Part shown: positions 8,838 through 16,188 of the stretch, piece by piece | Layout of the letters: every line of letters begins with the position of its first letter | Numbering within the stretch: position 1 is the stretch's first letter | Virus record (IMG/VR): IMGVR_UViG_3300006103_000010 | DNA from: an uncultured virus (IMG/VR IMGVR_UViG_3300006103_000010) | Lineage: Duplodnaviria > Heunggongvirae > Uroviricota > Caudoviricetes | Length of the DNA stretch: 64,000 bases | Strand: one strand, 5' to 3' | Translations under genes and position numbers: made by a program | The notes under the pieces: generated by a model | The model's database searches: none | Told to the model about the DNA's origin: nothing | Seen by the model: the letters and a program-made list of their open reading frames with translations, nothing else

Positions 8838-9365
8838 ATGTCTGAACTTGAAAAACTAGATGTCTCCAGCCTCAAGCAGTTTAGATTTGTTGGGTCTATC
8901 GAGCAAGAGCCAGTAGAGCAGGATGACAACACTGATCTAACCGGTGCTCTACAAAAACTGCTAGCTGATGTAGCTACGTTCTATCATGTTGTGCATGAGG
9001 CTCACTGGAACGTAACTGGTAATGATTTTTATCAGTACCACAAATTCTTTGACGAGATCGTTAGTGACGTGTATGATAGCATTGATCCTATTGCGGAAAA
9101 TATCCGTAAGCTTGGAGCAAAGCCAGCATACAGAATGTCAGAACTGTTCAAGCAAGCAACACTACCAGATAATGATATAAAAACAGATAATGCAGTAGCA
9201 CTAGCAGCTACTCTGGGTAGTTTGAATAAAAAAATTATTGATATACTTAAATCTACGTTTGATAAAGCTAATAGTGTTAATGAACAAGGCGTAGCTAACT
9301 TTATTGCTGAGCGTATTGATTCACACCAAAAGTGGCAGTGGTTCTTAGAGGCGTCAGCGGGATGA
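8838..9365 (+). CDS. dps: Dps / ferritin-like DNA-protection protein
   Basis: HWNVTGNDFYQYHKFFDE ... DPIAENIRKLG ... KWQWFL matches the Dps ferroxidase signature. Confidence 0.9.
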   Translation: MSELEKLDVSSLKQFRFVGSIEQEPVEQDDNTDLTGALQKLLADVATFYHVVHEAHWNVTGNDFYQYHKFFDEIVSDVYDSIDPIAENIRKLGAKPAYRMSELFKQATLPDNDIKTDNAVALAATLGSLNKKIIDILKSTFDKANSVNEQGVANFIAERIDSHQKWQWFLEASAG

Positions 9366-9604
9366 AAGCTATGGATTCAACTGCAGCAGGTATTTCTCAG
9401 GTTGTTGCGCTACTAACAGCTATAAGAAGCAATCAAGAAGATATTGCTTATGAGATGGTACTTGAATCGGATCCCATTGATCTGTTTAGTGCAATAACAG
9501 GGGTTCTGCTTGCAATACTCAACAGACTCTCTGAATCAACAGGAATATCAATAGATTTTTATCTTCAAGAACTTGGCAGATTAGCATTTAAAAATGAATA
9601 CTGA
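9362..9604 (+). CDS. hypothetical protein
   Basis: ATGA overlap with dps; in frame with ORF 9332. Confidence 0.65.
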   Translation: MKAMDSTAAGISQVVALLTAIRSNQEDIAYEMVLESDPIDLFSAITGVLLAILNRLSESTGISIDFYLQELGRLAFKNEY

Positions 9605-9905
9605 AGAGCCATTATCATTACCAAATGGTATCAGTATGAATACCACAAAGAACGAAGATATTGTTCTTGATCTTGAAGAAGAAGTAATTAACAGCACCAG
9701 TTGCCAAACTTGCAGCATTGCATTTGAAAGCGTTCTTGTAAAGTTCGCTAGTGGTAAAAATGAAGGTGTTATCAGAGTGGTTGGTAACAGTTCATCTGCA
9801 TGGAAGACATCCATGCCCAAGGATAGAGTGCGATCTGTCAAGCTGCTCAACGAAGCACTGTTGAAAAAGGTTGACACACACAGAAAGATGATGCACAATG
9901 ATTAA
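9594..9905 (+). CDS. hypothetical protein
   Basis: 103-aa ORF with CQTC and VKFAS motif. Confidence 0.65.
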   Translation: MNTEEPLSLPNGISMNTTKNEDIVLDLEEEVINSTSCQTCSIAFESVLVKFASGKNEGVIRVVGNSSSAWKTSMPKDRVRSVKLLNEALLKKVDTHRKMMHND

Positions 9906-10035
9906 GTACAGCACAGACCCCTCAGCAGGGGCAAAAGCAATCACCAATAGCCCAACATCACCCATTAAGACCAAGGGTGGGCATGTAGAAGCAGAAGACG
10001 CCCTGGATCGTGATGCAGAAGATGCGAACGAATAG
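9898..10035 (+). CDS. 45-aa peptide starting MIKYS
   Basis: Below the ORF-track cutoff; fills the gap exactly, overlapping the previous stop (ATGATTAA); same first five residues as the prohead protease. Confidence 0.55.
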   Translation: MIKYSTDPSAGAKAITNSPTSPIKTKGGHVEAEDALDRDAEDANE

Positions 10036-10048
10036 ATAAAGGATAATA

Positions 10049-10882
10049 GTGGCCGAGGAACAGCCAGTAGTACACATCGTAATCCCTGATACACAGGCTA
10101 AAGACGGTGTACCAACAGATCATCTGACCTGGATTGGTCGGTATATCGTTGATGAGTATCACAACAAGAATATCAAGATCATTCACCTTGGTGATCACGC
10201 TGACATGCCAAGTCTGTCCATGTATGACAAGGGCAAGAAGAGCATGGAGGGACGTAGAGTAAAAGCTGACATTGAGGCAGCTAATCTGGCCTGGGAGATT
10301 TTGAACCAGCCGCTTTACGACTACAACGATAACCGTCGCAGAACCAAGCACTCCATCTGGAACCCTGAGCGACACATTCTGCTGGGTAACCATGAGGACC
10401 GAATCAATCGTGCCACAGAGAGTGATGCACAGATTGATGGACTGTTTAGCACAGATGATCTGGACTATGCTCACACCGGCTGGAAGGTTTCACCTTTCAA
10501 GGAGATCCTCTGGCTGGATGGTGTAGCATACAGTCACTTCTTCTACAACCCCATGACAGGCATGCCATATGGTGGCAACATTGAGACACGCCTCAAGACT
10601 GTAGGCCATACCTTCACTATGGGCCATCAACAGACCCTGATGTACGGCCTAAGGTTCGTTGCTGGCAAGAGTCAGCACGGTCTGGTGGCTGGTGCCTGTT
10701 ACCTGCACGATGAGGACTACAAGGGGCCACAGGGTAATGCTCACTGGCGTGGTATCATTGTCAAGCATCAGGTGATCGATGGTAGCTATGATCCAATGTT
10801 CGTTAGCTTGGACTATCTGTGCAGACGCTATGAGGGAACCAGCCTGGAACGGTTTAAAAAGCTCAAGTATCCACATATGTAG
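10049..10882 (+). CDS. calcineurin-like metallophosphoesterase
   Basis: IPDTQ, HLGDHAD, LGNHE, SH and GHQQ motifs. Confidence 0.9.
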   Translation: MAEEQPVVHIVIPDTQAKDGVPTDHLTWIGRYIVDEYHNKNIKIIHLGDHADMPSLSMYDKGKKSMEGRRVKADIEAANLAWEILNQPLYDYNDNRRRTKHSIWNPERHILLGNHEDRINRATESDAQIDGLFSTDDLDYAHTGWKVSPFKEILWLDGVAYSHFFYNPMTGMPYGGNIETRLKTVGHTFTMGHQQTLMYGLRFVAGKSQHGLVAGACYLHDEDYKGPQGNAHWRGIIVKHQVIDGSYDPMFVSLDYLCRRYEGTSLERFKKLKYPHM

Positions 10883-10885
10883 TAT

Positions 10886-11929
10886 ATGGATACTGTCAAA
10901 AACTCTGGGCGCAAAAACTTCAAGTGTGTTTTTAATGATTACATCACTGATGAAAATCGTGATGCAGTTGTTCAGTCAGTCATTTCACAGTTCCAGGGTT
11001 ATTTTGCTAACCCAGAAGTAACACTGGTTGATAGAGGTTTTGTTATCTCTCTTGATCTGAGCTCTGATCTTACAGATAGTGCTGTGCGTGACAAGATTCT
11101 GTGGAACCGTTTTATTGAGCGTGTGACCACACAGGACAGTATCCGCAAGATACAGATCATCAGACTACCACAAGCTGGGCTGATGGATTTTGGTGGCAGG
11201 ATTGAAGGCCAGGGCAGCGTTGGTGGATTTGGTCCAGATGTTGATCCAGTAACTGGTGATACCCATGTGGATGAAAAGCTGAACGTACATCAGGAACATC
11301 CAGCAAAATATGTTATTGATGGTGGAGCTGATCCAAAGATATTTGGTAATACTGCTGGTGTAAAATACGCTGATCCTACTGACATAATGTCTGAGGATCA
11401 GGCTTTTGTAAAAGGTCTGACACCAGAAGGTCTGGATAGCAAAGCAACACAGCTACAGACCGAGCCTGCTGATGCCCTGGAAAGTGGCAAAAGGATTCAT
11501 GGATTCAGAGTGATCGCATTCGAAAGCGATACTGGTGGCAGTTTCACCATAACCAAACCCAACCAGTATGGTTCTGACATTAATGAAGTTCATACCTTGC
11601 AAAGAACCAATCAGGATCTAGCAATGCTTCCACGCGGTAACTTCTATAATACAGATATTAATAATGAGCGCGGCACCAGGACAGGTGTTGAAACAGAGTC
11701 TCGTGGGGATGAAGCAACCTCAGCACCATTGTCGTTTGCCGCTAGTGCGAAAGAACATATGCAGCGCCCAGAAGAAGAAGATGTTATCAGTGCTGTTGAA
11801 TTGCCACAAGCAAGAGGTGGCGGGCAGGCTGTTCCTGACGGTGGTCAGGTAGAGGGCTGGTACGCTAGTAATTTTGGTTTAAACGAAACATATGACTATC
11901 TAGGTGATTCAGATGGCGACGATTTTTAA
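10886..11929 (+). CDS. acidic hypothetical protein
   Basis: 347-aa ORF, tightly packed with its neighbours. Confidence 0.75.
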   Translation: MDTVKNSGRKNFKCVFNDYITDENRDAVVQSVISQFQGYFANPEVTLVDRGFVISLDLSSDLTDSAVRDKILWNRFIERVTTQDSIRKIQIIRLPQAGLMDFGGRIEGQGSVGGFGPDVDPVTGDTHVDEKLNVHQEHPAKYVIDGGADPKIFGNTAGVKYADPTDIMSEDQAFVKGLTPEGLDSKATQLQTEPADALESGKRIHGFRVIAFESDTGGSFTITKPNQYGSDINEVHTLQRTNQDLAMLPRGNFYNTDINNERGTRTGVETESRGDEATSAPLSFAASAKEHMQRPEEEDVISAVELPQARGGGQAVPDGGQVEGWYASNFGLNETYDYLGDSDGDDF

Positions 11930-12473
11930 ACGATATGAATGTGGCCAAGCACCTAGCAAGTTTGTGCCTGGTGACTTTATCCTGGTATCAACGAATGGTG
12001 TTCTGGCCAGGCTCATCAGGTTTGGTCAGTTCATCAGATACCATGGTAAGATGCGCCCGTTCTCTCACTGGAATCACACTGCCATGGTGGTTAGTGAGTC
12101 TGGTGATATAGTAGAGGCAGTTGGGCGTGGAGTGATCACCAGTAATATCCACGACTACGATAATGTAGAGTACTATTATGTCAGCACCAAGCTGAACAAG
12201 CAGAGCCGTGATCAGGTTGTAGCTGCAGCTAACAGCTTCTTAAAAGACAAGTATTCTTGGATCACCATCTTTAGTATCGCAATAGAACTGCTCACAGGTG
12301 TCAAGGTGCAGCTAACACAATCCAACACCATGATCTGTAGCGCAGTAGTAGGACAGAGCCTGTGGGCTGGTGGTATCATCTTTGATACCAGCCCCTATCA
12401 GATGATGCCAGCAGACCTGGCATGTGCATTTGACATAAAACTTGAAGAAAGCTTGACTACGCCAAATTCTTGA
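11913..12473 (+). CDS. permuted papain-like amidase (YaeF/YiiX, NlpC/P60 superfamily)
   Basis: PGDFIL, WNHTAMV (His) upstream of ICSAVV (Cys), i.e. the permuted order; AGGTGA RBS. Confidence 0.8.
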   Translation: MATIFKRYECGQAPSKFVPGDFILVSTNGVLARLIRFGQFIRYHGKMRPFSHWNHTAMVVSESGDIVEAVGRGVITSNIHDYDNVEYYYVSTKLNKQSRDQVVAAANSFLKDKYSWITIFSIAIELLTGVKVQLTQSNTMICSAVVGQSLWAGGIIFDTSPYQMMPADLACAFDIKLEESLTTPNS

Positions 12474-12481
12474 ATTATGAT
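12453..12481 (+). promoter_or_regulatory. SigA-type promoter, probably driving a leaderless mRNA
   Basis: TTGACT-N17-TATGAT; an in-frame ATG at 12489 sits where transcription would start. Confidence 0.65.
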
Positions 12482-12488
12482 GAAAATC

Positions 12489-12668
12489 ATGAAAAACAAG
12501 ATAACTGTAGTTATTAGCTATGATGCATTAAACATCCAAAGCGATGAACTGGCCAGTCAAGAGATCAATGAAACCATCAGTGGTCTGATGAACAGCTTGC
12601 GCACTCAGGTGAACAATGCTCAAGTAACAGTAAAGTTCCAAAACTTTACATTGAAGTCCCAAAACTAA
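12489..12668 (+). CDS. small hypothetical protein
   Basis: In frame with ORF 12477; start chosen from promoter geometry. Confidence 0.6.
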   Translation: MKNKITVVISYDALNIQSDELASQEINETISGLMNSLRTQVNNAQVTVKFQNFTLKSQN

Positions 12669-12677
12669 GGAGATAAT

Positions 12678-13055
12678 ATGTCATTGAATGTAAACCGTCT
12701 GTTTCAGACCACAACTGTTCGTAATGTTGTTCGCGGAGCAGTTTCCAGCGTTGTAGGTGCACTGGTAGCCTGGGGGACCACCAAGTGGGCCAGCCTGAGC
12801 ACTGGTAGCCTGTCTTACCTTGTTCCAGTATTCTCGAGCACATACTTTGCTCTGATTCACCTGTTGGAGGGCAAGTACCCACAACTGGGTTGGCTGTTGG
12901 GTGTTCTGCCAAACAAGCCAGAGGTTGTAGTGCCAACGCCTGCACCTGCTCCAGAGCCAGCACCAGTCCCTGTTAAGGAGAATGACCCAGTGGCCAAGAA
13001 GGCACCTGCTGCAAAAAAGGCACCTGCAGCAAAAAAGGCTGCACCAAAGAAGTAG
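12678..13055 (+). CDS. membrane protein, putative holin, with Pro linker and KKAPAA tail
   Basis: Two hydrophobic helices, PAPAPEPAP, (KKAPAA)n; AAGGAG RBS. Confidence 0.55.
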   Translation: MSLNVNRLFQTTTVRNVVRGAVSSVVGALVAWGTTKWASLSTGSLSYLVPVFSSTYFALIHLLEGKYPQLGWLLGVLPNKPEVVVPTPAPAPEPAPVPVKENDPVAKKAPAAKKAPAAKKAAPKK

Positions 13056-13062
13056 TAGTTTT

Positions 13063-13135
13063 TCCCTGGTAGCTCAATTGGCAGAGCAGCTGACTGTTAA
13101 TCAGCGGGTTCCTGGTTCGAGTCCAGGCTGGGGAG
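13063..13135 (+). tRNA. tRNA-Asn (GTT)
   Basis: Full cloverleaf: TCCCTGG/CTGGGGA acceptor, GCTC/GAGC D-stem, GCTGA-CTGTTAA-TCAGC anticodon arm, CCTGG-TTCGAGT-CCAGG T-arm, G73; CCA not encoded. Confidence 0.95.
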
Positions 13136-13138
13136 CTT

Positions 13139-13228
13139 TAGGAAGGATGCCCTGTATCGTAAGAACAGGGAGTCTGTTCGATCAATGCGCTAGGTGACCT
13201 CTACGAACAGGGTGCTGACTCCTTCCTA
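13139..13228 (+). ncRNA. unidentified structured RNA candidate
   Basis: TAGGAAGGA/TCCTTCCTA closing stem plus internal stems CCCTGT/ACAGGG and CTGTTCG/CGAACAG. Confidence 0.4.
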
Positions 13229-13436
13229 TGATTTAAAACATAAGTGCACTACTGGTAACAATTTTGCTATAGATCATGATCATGCCACTGGTAAGATAAT
13301 AGGCTTGCTTTGCTTGAGCTGTAATGTTAAGATTGGATGGTTAGAAAGAAACAAAACATCTGTAGTGCAATACCTTAAAATACAAAACGAGCGGCGAGAC
13401 GCAGACGGTTACGCGGAAAAGCTTATATCTTTTTGA
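13194..13436 (+). pseudogene. endonuclease VII-family remnant
   Basis: IDHDHATGKIIGLLCLSCN matches the EndoVII core. The upstream CxxC is reduced to one Cys, there is no good start or RBS, and the 3' end runs into tRNA-Ile. Confidence 0.7.
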
Positions 13437-13464
13437 CTAGTAGGTTCAACTCCTACTCGCCGTA
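13391..13464 (+). tRNA. tRNA-Ile (TAT)
   Basis: GCGGCGA/TCGCCGT acceptor, CGC/GCG D-stem, AAAAG-CTTATAT-CTTTT anticodon arm (TAT at 13424-26), GTAGG-TTCAACT-CCTAC T-arm, A73. G at position 8 is atypical. Confidence 0.75.
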
Positions 13465-13477
13465 CTAAATACGGTAC

Positions 13478-13505
13478 ACAGGTTCAATTCCTGTTCTCCG
13501 GACCA
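13478..13505 (+). pseudogene. tRNA 3'-half remnant (T-arm, acceptor 3' strand, ACCA)
   Basis: ACAGG-TTCAATT-CCTGT-TCTCCGG-ACCA with no upstream 5' half. Confidence 0.65.
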
Positions 13506-13587
13506 TTTAAAACATCTCTGGTACCACCTAGATAGTGTAGGGTTCCCTACATGTCCAGCGCCCTGGTGGCAGAATACGGAGATAGTT

Positions 13588-14019
13588 ATGACCTCGATGT
13601 TTGATTACGATGACTCGGTCAACCTGGCGTACAACGCCAAGCAGGCAGGCAAGAGCCTGGTAGCTGCCAAGCATGAACTGCTTAATCGCACCGGTGAGTT
13701 CCTATTCATGGCACACAGCGACCGTGAGTTCGCCCTGCGATGCCAGATGGTTGAACAGGACATCGAAGGCGTTGCTTTCCGTCGTCTGGCCAGCATGAGT
13801 GACAGCAAGGCCAAGCTGGTTCACGCTGCGTATGATGAGTGGCAGCTTCGCCACGCCAGCTGCGAGATGTGTAAGGCTGCTAAGTCTGTTCAGTCAGAAA
13901 CAAAGTGCATGGGCCCTGGCTGTGATAACCCAGTTAAGTCAAGCGAAAAATACTGTGGCCCAACCTGCCAAGACAAGCACAGAACAGAAATAAAGTCTCA
14001 AAACGGTACGATGAATTAA
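13588..14019 (+). CDS. hypothetical protein with C-terminal Zn fingers
   Basis: GGAG RBS; YNAKQA motif; CEMC, CMGPGC...YCGPTC. Confidence 0.8.
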   Translation: MTSMFDYDDSVNLAYNAKQAGKSLVAAKHELLNRTGEFLFMAHSDREFALRCQMVEQDIEGVAFRRLASMSDSKAKLVHAAYDEWQLRHASCEMCKAAKSVQSETKCMGPGCDNPVKSSEKYCGPTCQDKHRTEIKSQNGTMN

Positions 14020-14040
14020 TTTGCTGTATTGATTGATACC

Positions 14041-15498
14041 ATGGCAAATAAATTTAATAGTGGGATAATCAAAACTTCTGCATTCTGTAGTAAGTGCAAC
14101 AACTATCATTTGATTCATAATGACTCTTGTGATCAAGGGCAAAAAGCCGTTGTTGAACCTACTATGACTGCTGACGATGCTGGCTATACCCCATCGGAAA
14201 AGTTTGATAAAGCTACAGGGCAAGATCTCTCTGTCACTCCACGCTTTAATGACACTACAACTGTAGAGTCTTTCTTGGATGAAGTAGAGCCTTCTCCGCT
14301 CATCAAAAACTATATCCTGCAGATTCTCAGCCTTAGTAGCCCAGATGCTAGAGTCAAGAAGAGATCTATTGAACGTTCTAAGTACAGTAGAAAACTGTTC
14401 AATGCTGCTAAATCTGAATTCGGTGATATGAATGAAGATGCACAATTCGGGTTCAGAGACAGAGTCCCAGAGCTAGAGGGAGGTTACTTAGAACCTGGTG
14501 ACCTTGCGGGTGAGGACGAGCGTGCAGCTCTTGAAGAACCAACTAACTTTGACAGTGAAAATATCAATACCATACTAAGAACACATGGTATAGATCAAAA
14601 CAATCATGTCGTCAGGCTGACTCCAAATGGTCCATGGGAGACTGTTAGCTCTTCTGAACCTGCACCTGGAAGCAGAATAGAATGTCCACATGATGACTGC
14701 CGTCATGCTGTAGAAGACGAAACTGCAGCAATGGGTTATAAATATGACTATTCTCAAGACCCAAGGTATGGCCCCAGACGTTGTGGTGCAGACCATAAAG
14801 TATGCGCAAGCTGTGAAGATCTTCCAATGATGAAAGGGCAGAAGTGCCCAACCTGTGGCAGAGATGGAGACCTTACTGCACAGCAAGCGGCTCTAGAAAC
14901 AAAGGTTTATGACCCACGTTCTAACCTGATCAATGAAATAGCAGCACAGATTAACGCCGGTCCACAATATGAAAATATTGTTGGTGATGCTCAGCCAATG
15001 GTTAACAGTTGGGGCAATGATGGTACAAGCATCACCAATAGTAGATTCATGAGTGCTATTGATAACCTGCCCAAGCGTCATGAACTAGGTGCAGCAGAAT
15101 TTGACGACCCAGAGACTCTTGACCCTGACAGCATCACAGATACGCCAGATCAATCTAAGCCTGATCCTGATGAAGATAAAACTGAAACTGATCTGCCAAA
15201 ATCCCCACCTGTAGAAAGAATATCTGCACCAGCGACATATCATCACAAGTGCCAATACAAGTGTAACAATGGATCTCTCATAGGTGCAAGAAGCCAAAGT
15301 GGTGCAGACCTACGTCAAAAGATACAGACCAGTGCTCCATATCTAAAAGCTATATCTGATGCTAGAAATCGCATAGATACACTGGTAAAATTGAAAAAGA
15401 TATTTGATTACGATACAGAGACAGCATTACAACCAGCTCTTGAGCAGATCAATCGAGAGTTCCTTAAATGCCCAGACGCACAAGAAGGTCAGGTCTAA
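14041..15498 (+). CDS. acidic multi-Zn-finger protein, putative internal head protein
   Basis: In frame with ORF 14029; CSKC, CASC, CPTC, CQYKC; IKTSA motif. Confidence 0.75.
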   Translation: MANKFNSGIIKTSAFCSKCNNYHLIHNDSCDQGQKAVVEPTMTADDAGYTPSEKFDKATGQDLSVTPRFNDTTTVESFLDEVEPSPLIKNYILQILSLSSPDARVKKRSIERSKYSRKLFNAAKSEFGDMNEDAQFGFRDRVPELEGGYLEPGDLAGEDERAALEEPTNFDSENINTILRTHGIDQNNHVVRLTPNGPWETVSSSEPAPGSRIECPHDDCRHAVEDETAAMGYKYDYSQDPRYGPRRCGADHKVCASCEDLPMMKGQKCPTCGRDGDLTAQQAALETKVYDPRSNLINEIAAQINAGPQYENIVGDAQPMVNSWGNDGTSITNSRFMSAIDNLPKRHELGAAEFDDPETLDPDSITDTPDQSKPDPDEDKTETDLPKSPPVERISAPATYHHKCQYKCNNGSLIGARSQSGADLRQKIQTSAPYLKAISDARNRIDTLVKLKKIFDYDTETALQPALEQINREFLKCPDAQEGQV

Positions 15499-15501
15499 TA
15501 A

Positions 15502-16188
15502 GTGCCGTTACAAGAAAATTCAGGATCAGGTAGAGGTATCAGCAGTGAAGGCCTTCACTGCTTTGGCAACCGCTTGCTAGAGTTTATGAATAACAAGCCA
15601 GAACGATTTGAACAGATCATGGGGCCTAACCACAATGAAGATCTGTTGCCTTGCTACTCTAACCTTGGGCCTAACTCAGAAATTGTTGACGAAGATGGCA
15701 ACTTTATGGATGGTACCAATCAGATCACTCCTGAGAACATAGTCCCAGAAAAAGATCTGAACCTTGGTGCGCACGAAGAAAACTTTGGTGGTGGTGGCGG
15801 TGCAGGTATTGTCAATAAAAAGATCAAGAGTGTTTTTGATAAAAGCAGAATGGTTATAAGCAATATAAGCAGTGGTCCGGTTTCATGCAACTGCGAGCAT
15901 CACCGAGCAGAATACATTAGAAACCATAGATTGTTTCATCTTCTTTGCGATGGTATTATACCTTATGATCAAGAAGAGAAAAGATCACAATATGAGTTTA
16001 CAAAAGACTTCATTGGCAAAGTAATGAAAACACGTAAAAACTTCTTGAAGAAAAAGAACACACCTGTTGCTGGCCCAGAACAAGTATTTCCATCCGCTGA
16101 TGTTGTTCAAGCAGTAGATCTAGAGCAGTTTAATCCTGGCATGATTCGCTTGCAAGGAACAGATCCTGACTATTGGCAAGGTTTGTAA
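15502..16188 (+). CDS. hypothetical protein
   Basis: 228-aa ORF; TAATG overlap with the next gene. Confidence 0.7.
   Translation: MPLQENSGSGRGISSEGLHCFGNRLLEFMNNKPERFEQIMGPNHNEDLLPCYSNLGPNSEIVDEDGNFMDGTNQITPENIVPEKDLNLGAHEENFGGGGGAGIVNKKIKSVFDKSRMVISNISSGPVSCNCEHHRAEYIRNHRLFHLLCDGIIPYDQEEKRSQYEFTKDFIGKVMKTRKNFLKKKNTPVAGPEQVFPSADVVQAVDLEQFNPGMIRLQGTDPDYWQGL

Noticed and set aside
13478..13582. Permuted tRNA (TCTCCG of the 3' half pairing with CGGAGA at about 13577)
   Set aside because: The downstream match is the RBS of gene 13588, and no D or anticodon arm follows it.
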